Shown: piece after piece, positions 51,982 to 61,080 of the stretch
How positions within the stretch are numbered: the stretch's first letter is position 1
Layout: every line of letters starts with the position of its first letter
Source of the DNA: Candidatus Multivoradales bacterium
GTDB lineage: Bacteria > Acidobacteriota > Thermoanaerobaculia > Multivoradales > JAHEKO01
DNA length: 64,000 bases
Direction of reading: 5' to 3'
Assembly (NCBI GenBank): GCA_965223155.1
Contig: CBDCVR010000015.1
Location: forward strand, 800,001-864,000
Position numbers and translations under genes: made by a program
The notes under the pieces: model-generated
Told to the model about the DNA's origin: nothing
Database searches by the model: none
Seen by the model: the letters and a program-made list of their open reading frames with translations, nothing else

Positions 51982-53493
51982 TTGAAATCGAACCGACCAT
52001 CGAATGCACCCTCAGGCGCAATACACGCGGACCTGTTGGGAGGCGACGAGATTCTTCAATACCGACCTCGCCGGCTCCGTACGTCCGAGCTCAATTACGA
52101 CCTTTCTTGCCAAGGACTCTTGGACCAGGCCGCGTTTGGCCCCTTCCCAGTCGTCGATATCTCGACCACGGGCCTCGCGCTACAGGGAGGTGACAGCTCA
52201 GTTCTGCCCCCGGGGTCTGAGATCTCGTCGCTTCAGCTGCTACACGGAGAATCGATCATCTGGGAAGGACTCGGTGTCTGCGTGTATCAGGTCCAGGACC
52301 CTTCGCCCCGCGTCGGCCTACGCTTCACGTCCGGACTTCTCGACCTGCACCTAATCAAGGTCGCTGATTCAATCGAAACTCGCTTGGAAGCGCTCCTGAC
52401 GGAGCGCCAGGAGACCAGCTCAGCTCTTCCCGCTGCTTGGCGAGTAGCCGTTTCCGATCTTCGCGGACTCCTTGAAGACGTGCAACAGGTACTCGAGGTA
52501 GCCGACGAGAGCTTCGACTACGATTCATCCAGCTTTGTCGAAGACCGAAAGGCCCTTTTCGAACGAGTCTTCGAGAAATGGGCCCCGGCGTTCTACGGGC
52601 AACAGGAATTACTCTTTCGACTGTCCGAGGAGCTCGAGGAAAAAACCCGCGAGCGAGCTCAGGCTTTCGCTTCTCGCGAGATCATGCCCCTCGTCTACTT
52701 GAGCCCCATGTACCGGCGGGCTTTCGACAAGCCCCTTGGTTACGCCGGCGACTACCGACTGATCGAAATGTACTTCGAGGATCTGTACTCCGGAAAGACA
52801 CTCTTCGCTCAGTTCCTCCAATTGCTGGCGCAGCGTTACCCGCTTGGGAAGACGGTTCGAGACCGCGAATCCTTGATGCGTAGCAAGGTCTCCCGAACGA
52901 TCAGGCGCCGCGACAACCCGCGAATCGTCGCCCTTGCCTGCGGACCCGCCCTAGAACTAAAGAACGTCATCCTCGAACTCGCCTCCGGCGAACACTCGTG
53001 CGAGTTCGTTTTCGTAGATCAAGACGAACAGGCGATGAACTTCGCCCACAGTTCTCTGAGTAGGTCGCTTATGGGCGTCGGGCAGGCGGCTCAGCTGGCG
53101 TACCGCCTCAACGGGCTTCATATTTCCGTCAAACAGATCCTGAAACCGGCGGATGATGGAGAAGCGGAGTTCGTTCGTTCGGCACTTGGGGAAGCGGACT
53201 TGATCTACGCCGCCGGGCTGTACGACTACTTGCCTCAACCGGTAGCGACCGCCCTTACACAAAGGCTCTATGGCCTCTTGGCGCCTGGTGGAGAGCTGTT
53301 CGTTGGCAACCTGAAGCGCTGCCCCGTCTCCACCTGGATCATGGAATACGTCCTCGCCTGGCACCTTCAGTACCGGACGGAGTCGGACATGGAAGCGCTG
53401 GCCCTTGCGTTGCGGCCCACCCCCTCTACCTACCGTCTTTCGGTCGATGCTATGGACCGCTGCGTTTTCCTTGAAGTCCATCGGCCCGAGTAG
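51982..53493 (+). CDS. PilZ-like domain plus class I SAM methyltransferase, PhcB-like
   Basis: RPRR...DISTTGLAL (PilZ-like); RAFDKPLGYAGDY, ALACGPALE, DLIYAAGLYDYL, LAPGGELFVGN, W-x-L-x-YRT, recalled as PhcB-family features. Confidence 0.7.
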   Translation: MKSNRPSNAPSGAIHADLLGGDEILQYRPRRLRTSELNYDLSCQGLLDQAAFGPFPVVDISTTGLALQGGDSSVLPPGSEISSLQLLHGESIIWEGLGVCVYQVQDPSPRVGLRFTSGLLDLHLIKVADSIETRLEALLTERQETSSALPAAWRVAVSDLRGLLEDVQQVLEVADESFDYDSSSFVEDRKALFERVFEKWAPAFYGQQELLFRLSEELEEKTRERAQAFASREIMPLVYLSPMYRRAFDKPLGYAGDYRLIEMYFEDLYSGKTLFAQFLQLLAQRYPLGKTVRDRESLMRSKVSRTIRRRDNPRIVALACGPALELKNVILELASGEHSCEFVFVDQDEQAMNFAHSSLSRSLMGVGQAAQLAYRLNGLHISVKQILKPADDGEAEFVRSALGEADLIYAAGLYDYLPQPVATALTQRLYGLLAPGGELFVGNLKRCPVSTWIMEYVLAWHLQYRTESDMEALALALRPTPSTYRLSVDAMDRCVFLEVHRPE

Positions 53494-53508
53494 CTTGAGC
53501 GTCGCGGA

Positions 53509-54423
53509 ATGACCAAGTCCCCAACCACGCGCCTGCCGGGATGGGCCTATCGGCGAGAGCGTCGTGTGACCCTCGTCGCCGTTGTGCTGCCGTTCTTGGG
53601 CTTCGTCGGCGGAACCCTCGCCTTTTGGAAGCGCGGGCTGGATCTCTCGGACCTGGTGCTCTTTGGAGTCTTCTACGTGCTCACCGCCCTCGGAGTCACG
53701 ATCGGTTTCCACCGTCTCTTTTCGCACCGCAGCTTCAAGACCGCCCGCCCGATTCGGGTCGTTCTCGCGGTCTTCGGATCCATGGCCGTTCAGGGACCGA
53801 TTATTCGCTGGGTTGCCGATCATCGCCGCCATCATCAATTCAGCGACCACGAAGGCGACCCGCATTCGCCCCACTTGCAAGAAGGCACCGGCTATCTGAC
53901 GATGCTCCGCAATCTCTGGTACGCCCACGTCGGCTGGCTCTTCGACCGGGACAAGACCTCCATCCGGATCTACGCCGCTGACCTCCTTCACGATGGGCTC
54001 GTACGGTCCGTCGACCGGCACTACGCGGCCTGGCTGGTCCTCAGCCTCGCCGCTCCGGCGCTGGCGGGGTGGGCCTTGACCTCGAGTCTGACGGGCGCGC
54101 TTTCGGCGTTCCTGTTTGCCGGACTCGCTCGTATCTTTGTCCTGCAACACGTGACCTGGAGTGTGAACTCCATCTGCCACTACTTCGGCAGCCAGCCCTT
54201 CGCCACCGAGGACGAGAGCCGGAACAACTGGGTCATGGCTTTGCTTGCGCTGGGTGAGGGATGGCACAACAATCATCACGCCTTCCCCGGTTCGGCTCGG
54301 CAGGGGCTCAGATGGTGGCAGTTCGATCCCAGCTATCTCGTGATCGTGCTCCTCGAGAAGCTGGGTCTGGCCGAGCGCGTGAAGACGGTCTCGCCGGCCG
54401 CCATGACTCGTAAGGCCCGCTAG
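53509..54423 (+). CDS. Membrane acyl-CoA/acyl-lipid desaturase (delta-9 type)
   Basis: Three His boxes HRLFSH, HRRHH, HNNHH; DPHSP; VNSICH. Confidence 0.95.
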   Translation: MTKSPTTRLPGWAYRRERRVTLVAVVLPFLGFVGGTLAFWKRGLDLSDLVLFGVFYVLTALGVTIGFHRLFSHRSFKTARPIRVVLAVFGSMAVQGPIIRWVADHRRHHQFSDHEGDPHSPHLQEGTGYLTMLRNLWYAHVGWLFDRDKTSIRIYAADLLHDGLVRSVDRHYAAWLVLSLAAPALAGWALTSSLTGALSAFLFAGLARIFVLQHVTWSVNSICHYFGSQPFATEDESRNNWVMALLALGEGWHNNHHAFPGSARQGLRWWQFDPSYLVIVLLEKLGLAERVKTVSPAAMTRKAR

Positions 54424-54604
54424 GCCCGTACCGGTACCCGCCCGGATTTCCCTCCGACGCGGTACCGCAAGCCTCCGACTTGCGAAACAATCGGGGCGCC
54501 ATGGTCCTGCGCCCCACGAAGCAAACGATCGTCGCGGCCCCATCCCGGCCCGCCAAGCTCGACGTGCGGCTCGGCCGCTTTTCGCCGCAAGGTCGGTCCC
54601 TGAC

Positions 54605-55504
54605 ATGAAGATAGGCGTATTGTCGCTGAGGTCTTCGCTCTATTCGACCCGGCGGCTGGTCACCGCCGCGCGCGAGCGCGGCCACGACGCGTCGGTCATC
54701 AACTATCTGCGCTGCTACATGGACATCACTTCGCGCAGGCCCTCGGTCCTGTACGCCGGCCACCGCCTCAAGTTCGACGCAATCATCCCTCGGATCGGAG
54801 CAACCTACACGTTCTATGGAACCGCCGTGGTCCGCCAGTTCGAGATGATGAACGTTCTGGCCGCGAACGACTCGATGGCGATCAGCCGATCCCGTGACAA
54901 GTTGCGCTCGCTCCAGCTCTTGGCGCGTGAGGGTCTCGGGCTGCCGGTGACGAGCTTTGCCCATTCCACCAAGGACATAGACGGGTTGATCGAGATCGTC
55001 GGCGGCACCCCGCTGCTAGTCAAGCTTCTGGAGGGAACCCAAGGAGTCGGGGTCGTCTTGGCCGAGACCAAGAGCGCCGCCCGTTCCGTAATGGAGGCTT
55101 TTCGCCAGCTCGACGCCAATATCCTGGTCCAGCAGTTCATCAAGGAGGCCAAGGGCGCCGACATCCGGGCTTTCGTCGTCGGCGGCAAGGTGATCGCCGC
55201 GATGAAGCGCCAGGCGCCTCCGGGGGAGTTTCGGTCCAACCTCCATCGCGGCGGAACCGCCGTCAAGATCAAACTCAGTGAAGAGGAGCGACGCACCGCG
55301 GTCAAGGCCGCGGCCACCCTCGGATTGAACGTCGCCGGCGTCGACATGCTGCAATCCGGGCACGGGCCGGTGGTCATCGAGGTCAACTCCTCTCCGGGGC
55401 TCGAAGGCATCGAGGCGGCCAGCGGCAAAGACGTGGCCGGGGCCATCATCCAGTTCTTGGAACGGCAGCACCGCCGGGGACGACGACGTGGCGTCCGAGC
55501 CTAA
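54605..55504 (+). CDS. rimK: RimK family alpha-L-glutamate ligase
   Basis: [52 protein letters not shown]. Confidence 0.93.
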   Translation: MKIGVLSLRSSLYSTRRLVTAARERGHDASVINYLRCYMDITSRRPSVLYAGHRLKFDAIIPRIGATYTFYGTAVVRQFEMMNVLAANDSMAISRSRDKLRSLQLLAREGLGLPVTSFAHSTKDIDGLIEIVGGTPLLVKLLEGTQGVGVVLAETKSAARSVMEAFRQLDANILVQQFIKEAKGADIRAFVVGGKVIAAMKRQAPPGEFRSNLHRGGTAVKIKLSEEERRTAVKAAATLGLNVAGVDMLQSGHGPVVIEVNSSPGLEGIEAASGKDVAGAIIQFLERQHRRGRRRGVRA

Positions 55505-56453
55505 GCCCTTCAAGATCGGAGGCCACAAGGTCTCCCCAGGCAAGCGCAAGCGCCTGTCCCTCGATCTCGCTCGCCTGCCCACGGGAGACTGGCTCTCTCT
55601 CCACGTCGTGGTGCTCCACGGCGCCTTGCCCGGTCCGGCACTGTGGATGGACGCCGCCGTCCATGGCGACGAGCTAAACGGCCTCGAGATCATTCATCGA
55701 GTCTTGGACGCGCTCGACCCGAAGACGCTCTCCGGCACGGTTGTCGCGGTCCCGATCGTCAACGTCTTCGGCTTCGTCCAGCAGACACGCTACCTACCCG
55801 ACCGGAGAGACCTGAATCGCAGCTTTCCGGGTTCCTCGCGCGGTTCTCTGGCGTCACGAATCGCGCATCTCTTCATGCGCGAGATCGTCTCGCGGTGCGA
55901 CTACGGTCTCGACTTTCACACCGGCTCGAACCACCGCACCAACCTGCCCCAGGTTCGCGCCGACATCTCCGACCCGGAGACCCGCAGGCTGGCCCTGGCC
56001 TTTGGCGCCCCCCTTATGTACCGTGCCAAGCGCATCAAGGGCTCGCTACGCTCCGCGGCTGGCAAGGCTGGGGTCAAGATCTTGGTCTACGAAGCCGGAG
56101 AGCCGCTCCGTTTCGAGGAGAATGCCATCGAGCTCGGCGTCCAGGGGACGCTCCGCGTCCTGGAGATGGTCGGCATCGCCAAGACCCGTACGCCGGGCGA
56201 GGCTGCATCTTTCGAGGCGAAGTCCACGCGCTGGGTCCGCGCGCCCCGCAGCGGCATCCTGCACCTGTCGGCCGATCTCGGAAAACCCGTCCGCAAGGGC
56301 GAGCTGCTGGGGGTCATCTCGGATCCCCTGGGGAGCCGGAAACGCAAGTTCCGCGCCCCGGCCACGGGGATCGTCATGGGCTACACCAACAATCCCCTGG
56401 TCCATCGCGGCGATGCCGTGGTCCACATTGCCACGGCTCCGGACGACGTCTAG
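55488..56453 (+). CDS. Succinylglutamate desuccinylase/aspartoacylase (M14-like) family protein
   Basis: [26 protein letters not shown]. Confidence 0.92.
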   Translation: MASEPKPFKIGGHKVSPGKRKRLSLDLARLPTGDWLSLHVVVLHGALPGPALWMDAAVHGDELNGLEIIHRVLDALDPKTLSGTVVAVPIVNVFGFVQQTRYLPDRRDLNRSFPGSSRGSLASRIAHLFMREIVSRCDYGLDFHTGSNHRTNLPQVRADISDPETRRLALAFGAPLMYRAKRIKGSLRSAAGKAGVKILVYEAGEPLRFEENAIELGVQGTLRVLEMVGIAKTRTPGEAASFEAKSTRWVRAPRSGILHLSADLGKPVRKGELLGVISDPLGSRKRKFRAPATGIVMGYTNNPLVHRGDAVVHIATAPDDV

Positions 56454-56517
56454 CTCGCCCGGTCGTCGCACCAGGAAGCCCGCGGGCGCGGCCCGAAGCA
56501 CCTCCTCCTCGGGGCCG

Positions 56518-57834
56518 CTAGAGCGAAGTTCCGGCCTCTCCCGCCAAGCTGGAAAGAGCGCTCTCGAAGCCGGCGATGAGCTCTCCGGGATCGGGAATCA
56601 GGCCTCTGTCGACCGCGAGACCCAAGCGCACCCTGCCGTCGTAACTCAGGATGCTCACTCCCAGGCCGAGCCGCCCGGATTGCGGCACCCAGAACATCAT
56701 GTCGTCGACGGCGCGGCCGCAGATCGCGAGCGGCCGTCTCGGACCGGGCACGTTCGTCATGACTGCCGTGGCATTCTTGCTGAGCAGGTTCACGACGCGC
56801 CGATGGAGCCCGGCGTGGGTCGAGCCCAGGGCCCTCAGCACGGCGTAGACGACGAAGGCCTCGGGCGAGCGCTTGAGTCGATCCATGCGCTCCTTGACCG
56901 CGCGCACGCGGGCGATTCGCTTCCCGACTCCCACCGGCAGCGACAGATAGACAAGACCGAACTGGTTGCCGAGCTCGGTATCGGACGGAGGCCGCAGGTT
57001 GACCGGAATGACCGCCCGTAAGTCCCGCACGGGGAGTCCCTGGGCGCGCTTCTCGAGGTACGAGCGCAGGGTCTCGGTGACTGCCGCGGTAAGCACGTCG
57101 TTGATGGTCGCCTCCAGTCTTCGGCCGATGTCTTTGACGGTCGCAAGCGGAATCTCGTTCGACCAGACCGCGAGCTTGTCCACGCCCAGCGGTCCCTTGA
57201 ACGCTGTTGCCGGGTCGGCTCGCATCGAGAGCAGCCGCGCCAGCGCGCCCGCGGCGTGGCCGCCCGCCTTGACCGCCGCGACGATTCTCCGGGCCGAGGG
57301 AATGCTCTCGTGATCGTCGCCTGCTTGGGCCAGCCCGACCTGGGCGATACCGTCTTCCGTCTCGGCGGGATCGGTCATGCCCAGGAGGACCTGCATCAGC
57401 GACATGCCGTCGCCGATGCAGTGGTGGATCCTGGCAACCAAGGCCGAACCGCCCCGGAAGTCCTCGACGTAGCGGAACCTCCAGAGCGGGCGGTCGAAGG
57501 CCAAGGGCGTCGACATCTCCGAACTCACCAGTGTCTGGAGCTCGGCTTTGCTGGTGCGATCCTCCAACCGGGTGTCTAGAACGTGCTTTGAAAGATCGAA
57601 GTCGGTCTCGATCCAGGCCGGCTTGCCCAGCTTGCCCGCCGGGTCGCGAACACACATCCGGAAACGCTCGTGCGGAAGCAGCGTGTCTTCGATCCGGCCC
57701 AGAAACTCGTCCCGCGGCAGCCGTTCGGCCAAAGTCATGACCGAAGTGATCGTCATGAGATTGGTTGCATCCTCCATGCGCAACCAAGCGCTGTCGGCCG
57801 CGGTTAGCGGGTTCGCTTCGAAACGATCGGTCAT
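56518..57834 (-). CDS. Wax ester synthase/diacylglycerol acyltransferase
   Basis: HHCIGDG catalytic motif, RPLW, TINDV, PVNLR, LGNQF, TNVPGP. Confidence 0.93.
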   Translation of the reverse strand: MTDRFEANPLTAADSAWLRMEDATNLMTITSVMTLAERLPRDEFLGRIEDTLLPHERFRMCVRDPAGKLGKPAWIETDFDLSKHVLDTRLEDRTSKAELQTLVSSEMSTPLAFDRPLWRFRYVEDFRGGSALVARIHHCIGDGMSLMQVLLGMTDPAETEDGIAQVGLAQAGDDHESIPSARRIVAAVKAGGHAAGALARLLSMRADPATAFKGPLGVDKLAVWSNEIPLATVKDIGRRLEATINDVLTAAVTETLRSYLEKRAQGLPVRDLRAVIPVNLRPPSDTELGNQFGLVYLSLPVGVGKRIARVRAVKERMDRLKRSPEAFVVYAVLRALGSTHAGLHRRVVNLLSKNATAVMTNVPGPRRPLAICGRAVDDMMFWVPQSGRLGLGVSILSYDGRVRLGLAVDRGLIPDPGELIAGFESALSSLAGEAGTSL

Positions 57835-57856
57835 CGCAGCGTGCCGGAGGCGATGC

Positions 57857-58228
57857 CTATTCTTCTTCGTCGCCGGCGGCCGCAACGAGTCCCTCGCCGG
57901 CCTCGGAAAGCAGAGCTTCGGCCGCCTCCCGGCTGGAGGCTGGAACGCGTACGACGGCCGCTAGCAGCCGCGGATCGTCGTCGCCGCCCATCGCGCCCAG
58001 AGGATAGAGGCCTCCGAGGGTTTCGCCTCCCTGGACCAAGAAGCGAATTCCGGCGCCGCTCAGAACCGACTCGACCACGGGCAGGAGCGAAGCATCCGCG
58101 GTCCGCAGAACTTCGACGAAGCGCTCGCCGCGCTCCGGCTCCGGCTTCGTTGAGCTCAACGGTACCGAGCAGTCCGGACACATCCGAATCTCGTCTCGAA
58201 ACTCACCACCGCATGAGGGACAGTACAT
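57857..58228 (-). CDS. Zinc-ribbon plus DUF2007-like protein
   Basis: MYCPSC...CPDC; SVLSGAGI...VRVP...A..LL. Confidence 0.8.
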   Translation of the reverse strand: MYCPSCGGEFRDEIRMCPDCSVPLSSTKPEPERGERFVEVLRTADASLLPVVESVLSGAGIRFLVQGGETLGGLYPLGAMGGDDDPRLLAAVVRVPASSREAAEALLSEAGEGLVAAAGDEEE

Positions 58229-58604
58229 CGCTTGCAACCTTTCCGTTGAGGGCGAGCGCCGACAGCATCTCGCGCGCAGCCTCCTTGTTGGTGACGACCC
58301 AGTACCAGACGCTGACGACGAAGAAATAGAGGGCGCCGAGCGCCATTCCCAAGAAAACCAGGTAGTGGCCGAGCCGGCTCGTGCGACCGAACGGAACCAG
58401 CAGCCCGGCATAGACACCCAGGGTCAGCAGAAGGGAAAAATACGTGTAGTAGTAGCCTTCCTTGGTCACCAGCTCCGTAGCGAAAAAAAAGCTGATGTTG
58501 AGGACAATCAGCAAGTTGTTGAGCCGCGCCAGGTTCGCCCAGTAGACAGCGTATCGCGCTCCGAAGTCCTCGCGGACGCGCTGCCGGAAGGTGTCTTCGG
58601 CCAT
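58203..58604 (-). CDS. Hypothetical membrane protein (three TM helices)
   Basis: Aromatic and hydrophobic helices; TAACAT -10-like element upstream. Confidence 0.65.
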   Translation of the reverse strand: MAEDTFRQRVREDFGARYAVYWANLARLNNLLIVLNISFFFATELVTKEGYYYTYFSLLLTLGVYAGLLVPFGRTSRLGHYLVFLGMALGALYFFVVSVWYWVVTNKEAAREMLSALALNGKVASDVLSLMRW

Positions 58605-58629
58605 ATCCAAAGGAAATGTTAGCAGCCGC

Positions 58630-60687
58630 CTAGGCGGCATCCGAGCGCACGACCCATACCAGGCCGGCCACGGCGAGCACCGTGCAGAGTCCGGCGGGAC
58701 CGGGCGCGCCGAGGATCCAGAAGCCGATTCCAAAGAGGCTGCCGAAGACCACGACCAGGCCGGCCGCGAAACGGGTCAGCATCGCACCGGCCCGATCCGG
58801 CGAGGAATCGACATACGGGCGCCAGCCCGGACCCGCCGGACGCACCTTGCGAGCGAAGGCCTCGAGCACCCGCCGATCGTTCTGCGGTCCCCAGATCGCC
58901 GTCGGCAGCCACGCCGTCAGGCTCACCGCAGCGACGATGAGAATCTTCGCCCAGGCGGCGATCTCGGTCACGAAGAAGGGGTTGGTGCCTCCCAGGAGCC
59001 GCGGCGCGCCGCCGAGCTCGAGCCCTAGCGCGGTCAGTGTCGTGGCCCCAAGCGCGGCGAGCTCGGCATGGGCCGTCACTCGCGGCCAGTACCAGCGCAG
59101 GGCGGTTACACTGCCCAGGCCGGCGCCAAGGGTAATGAGAAAGCGCCACACCGTGGCGATGTTCTGGATGAAGAGCGCTGTACTGCCCGCCAGAACCGCG
59201 ATCAGCACGATCGCGATCCGGCTCGCCGTGACGTAGTGGGCCGGCGCGGCATCGCGCTTCACGAACCTCTGGTAGAGATCCCGGACAAGATACGACGCGC
59301 CCCAGTTGGTATGGGTGTCGATCGTGCTCATGAAGGCCGCCAGCAGGCTGGCGACGACCAGTCCCAGAATTCCGGAGGGCAAGTTCCTCCGCATCATGAG
59401 CGGATACGCCATCTCGCGATCGTCCAAGGTCAGGAGAATCGAGCCCAGCTCGAACCTCCGAACCGTCCCGCAGACGGCCTCGAGCGGCAGCTCGCCGCCA
59501 CCGCGCCAGCCGGACAGTTCGAACGGCGACCGGCCCGGCACAGGTTCTCCGCCGATCTCGAGGCGGCATGACGACGGCAGGCCGGTAACGACGAGCCGTG
59601 CGTCTCGTCCGAGATCGATCGGTCCGGGCGAGACGACAACTGTGGCCGCGCCCTCCGGAAGGGCCAGCTCGAAGCTCCGTTCCGGGAAACTCGTACCCTC
59701 CGTGAGCCCGGCCGGCTCCGCTCGCGGATAGACCACCAGCGCCGCCAGGGCGACCAGAATCCAGGGCCAGGGCCGGAGAGCGTTGTGGGCGATGGCGAAC
59801 CAAAGACTGGCACCCTGCGCTTCGCCCTCGCTTCGGCACGAGGCCAGACGCTGCACGATATAGCCCTGCCCCTCGGCCAGGCGCCACCAGCCGGCGACCA
59901 GAAGGACGACAAAGTAGATCCAGCTGATGGATCCCTCTCCGGAAGGCAGGAAGCCGAGAAGCTCCTGGGCTTCGGCGCTTCCCCCGACCGAGCTCTCGAG
60001 CGCTCCCAGCAGGCCCTCGCCGGACGTCGAAGCGGGTTCGCTCAGCGCGCCGACGCCGCCGAAGTCGGCCAGGACGAACCAAGCCAGCGCCAAGGCGCCG
60101 ACGACACCCATCGCGAACTGCACGAGATCGGTCACGACCACCGAGCGCAAGCCCCCGAGGGTCGTGTAGGCAACCGAGGCGATCAGACAGACGGCGATCA
60201 CGAACACCGGCTCGACCGAGAAGAAGGAGCGCGTGATCTTGACCATCGCGGCGATCACCCAGGCCATCGTCAAGCAGTTGACGAAGAGGCCGAAGTAGAT
60301 TGCCTTGAAGGCCCGGAGCACTGCGGCCGCGCGGCCGCCGTAGCGCAGCTCCACAATCTCCGCGTCCGTCAGCACACCCGACCGGCGCCAGAGCCGGGCG
60401 AAGAAGAACGTCGCCGCCAGGTGAGCGATCGCCCAGTTCCACCAAATCCAATTGCCGCTGATGCCGTCGGCCGCGACCAAGCCGGTGACCGCCAGCGGCG
60501 TATCCGCCGCAAAGGTGGTAGCGACCATCGAGGTTCCGGCCAGCCACCAGGGGAGGTTCCGGCCGCCGAGGAAGAAGTTCTCGAGATCGGTGCTGGCCCG
60601 CCTGGAAAAATACGCTCCGACCGCGATAGCGCAAAGCAAGTACAGCCCGATAATCAGAAAATCGATGCCGACCAGGCCGGGACTCAT
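58630..60687 (-). CDS. Sodium:solute symporter family protein with extracellular insertion
   Basis: FFLGGRNLPWWLAGTSMVATTFAADTP, GGLRSVVVTD, AAFMSTIDTHTNWG. Confidence 0.9.
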   Translation of the reverse strand: MSPGLVGIDFLIIGLYLLCAIAVGAYFSRRASTDLENFFLGGRNLPWWLAGTSMVATTFAADTPLAVTGLVAADGISGNWIWWNWAIAHLAATFFFARLWRRSGVLTDAEIVELRYGGRAAAVLRAFKAIYFGLFVNCLTMAWVIAAMVKITRSFFSVEPVFVIAVCLIASVAYTTLGGLRSVVVTDLVQFAMGVVGALALAWFVLADFGGVGALSEPASTSGEGLLGALESSVGGSAEAQELLGFLPSGEGSISWIYFVVLLVAGWWRLAEGQGYIVQRLASCRSEGEAQGASLWFAIAHNALRPWPWILVALAALVVYPRAEPAGLTEGTSFPERSFELALPEGAATVVVSPGPIDLGRDARLVVTGLPSSCRLEIGGEPVPGRSPFELSGWRGGGELPLEAVCGTVRRFELGSILLTLDDREMAYPLMMRRNLPSGILGLVVASLLAAFMSTIDTHTNWGASYLVRDLYQRFVKRDAAPAHYVTASRIAIVLIAVLAGSTALFIQNIATVWRFLITLGAGLGSVTALRWYWPRVTAHAELAALGATTLTALGLELGGAPRLLGGTNPFFVTEIAAWAKILIVAAVSLTAWLPTAIWGPQNDRRVLEAFARKVRPAGPGWRPYVDSSPDRAGAMLTRFAAGLVVVFGSLFGIGFWILGAPGPAGLCTVLAVAGLVWVVRSDAA

Positions 60688-60723
60688 CGAGGCACAGGGT
60701 ATCGCCTGGGGGCAGGCGAGCCC

Positions 60724-60756
60724 AAACGAAGAAAGCCCCGGTCGAGCGACCGGGGC
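60724..60756 (-). terminator. Intrinsic terminator
   Basis: Minus strand GCCCCGGTC-gctc-GACCGGGGC (9-bp perfect stem) followed by TTTCTTCGTTT. Confidence 0.85.
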
Positions 60757-60829
60757 CAGGTGGTTTGTTAGGTGGCGTTGGGCTTCCTAGTAGGGGCCCT
60801 TCCAGTGCGCCACGCGCGAAGAGGATTCC

Positions 60830-60874
60830 CTAAAGGGACGCCACCTCCATCAAACCGCGTTTCTCAGATACCAC
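60830..60874 (-). CDS. Putative 14-aa small peptide MVSEKRGLMEVASL
   Basis: AGAAAGGAGG, 7-nt spacer, GTG start, 14 codons, TAG stop. Confidence 0.5.
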   Translation of the reverse strand: MVSEKRGLMEVASL

Positions 60875-60999
60875 TGGACCACCTCCTTTCTGGGCGAATC
60901 CGCAAACTGGCGGGACCCAAGTCCGCCCGATCCTCCCGACCGCCCAAGCCGTTTGGACCGCCGCGTCTCCAGTGCGAAGCCGCGGGCACGACTGGCTGC

Positions 61000-61028
61000 A
61001 TGTTGCAGCAAAGATTTTCCTCTGTCAA
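61000..61028 (-). promoter_or_regulatory. Sigma70-type promoter of the small transcript
   Basis: TTGACA (61028-61023), 17-nt spacer, CAACAT (61005-61000). Confidence 0.65.
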
Positions 61029-61080
61029 TCCTGGAATCTCCCTCCCTCATGCCGAGTTACGCCGACTTTGAGCAGGGCGA

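Larger units (their letters stand above)
60724..60993 (-). ncRNA. Putative ~270-nt structured small RNA or small-peptide mRNA
   Basis: Bounded by its own promoter and terminator; several long-range complementary segments; no long ORF. Confidence 0.6.

Noticed and set aside
54501-54608. 35-codon ORF overlapping the rimK start (ATGA)
   Set aside because: No RBS, no recognisable motif and no resemblance to RimB; plausible by chance in high-GC DNA.
60874-60891. 16S rRNA gene fragment on the plus strand (CTGGACCACCTCCTTTCT)
   Set aside because: The upstream sequence lacks the conserved AAGTCGTAACAAGGTA...GGGGAACCTGCGG context; the promoter, ORF and terminator all point to the minus strand.
60724-60993. 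tmRNA, 6S, SRP, RNase P or a known riboswitch
   Set aside because: No tRNA-like ends, ALAA-type tag, RNase P or SRP consensus was recognised, and the downstream SSS gene has its own -10 element. An Rfam search is still needed.
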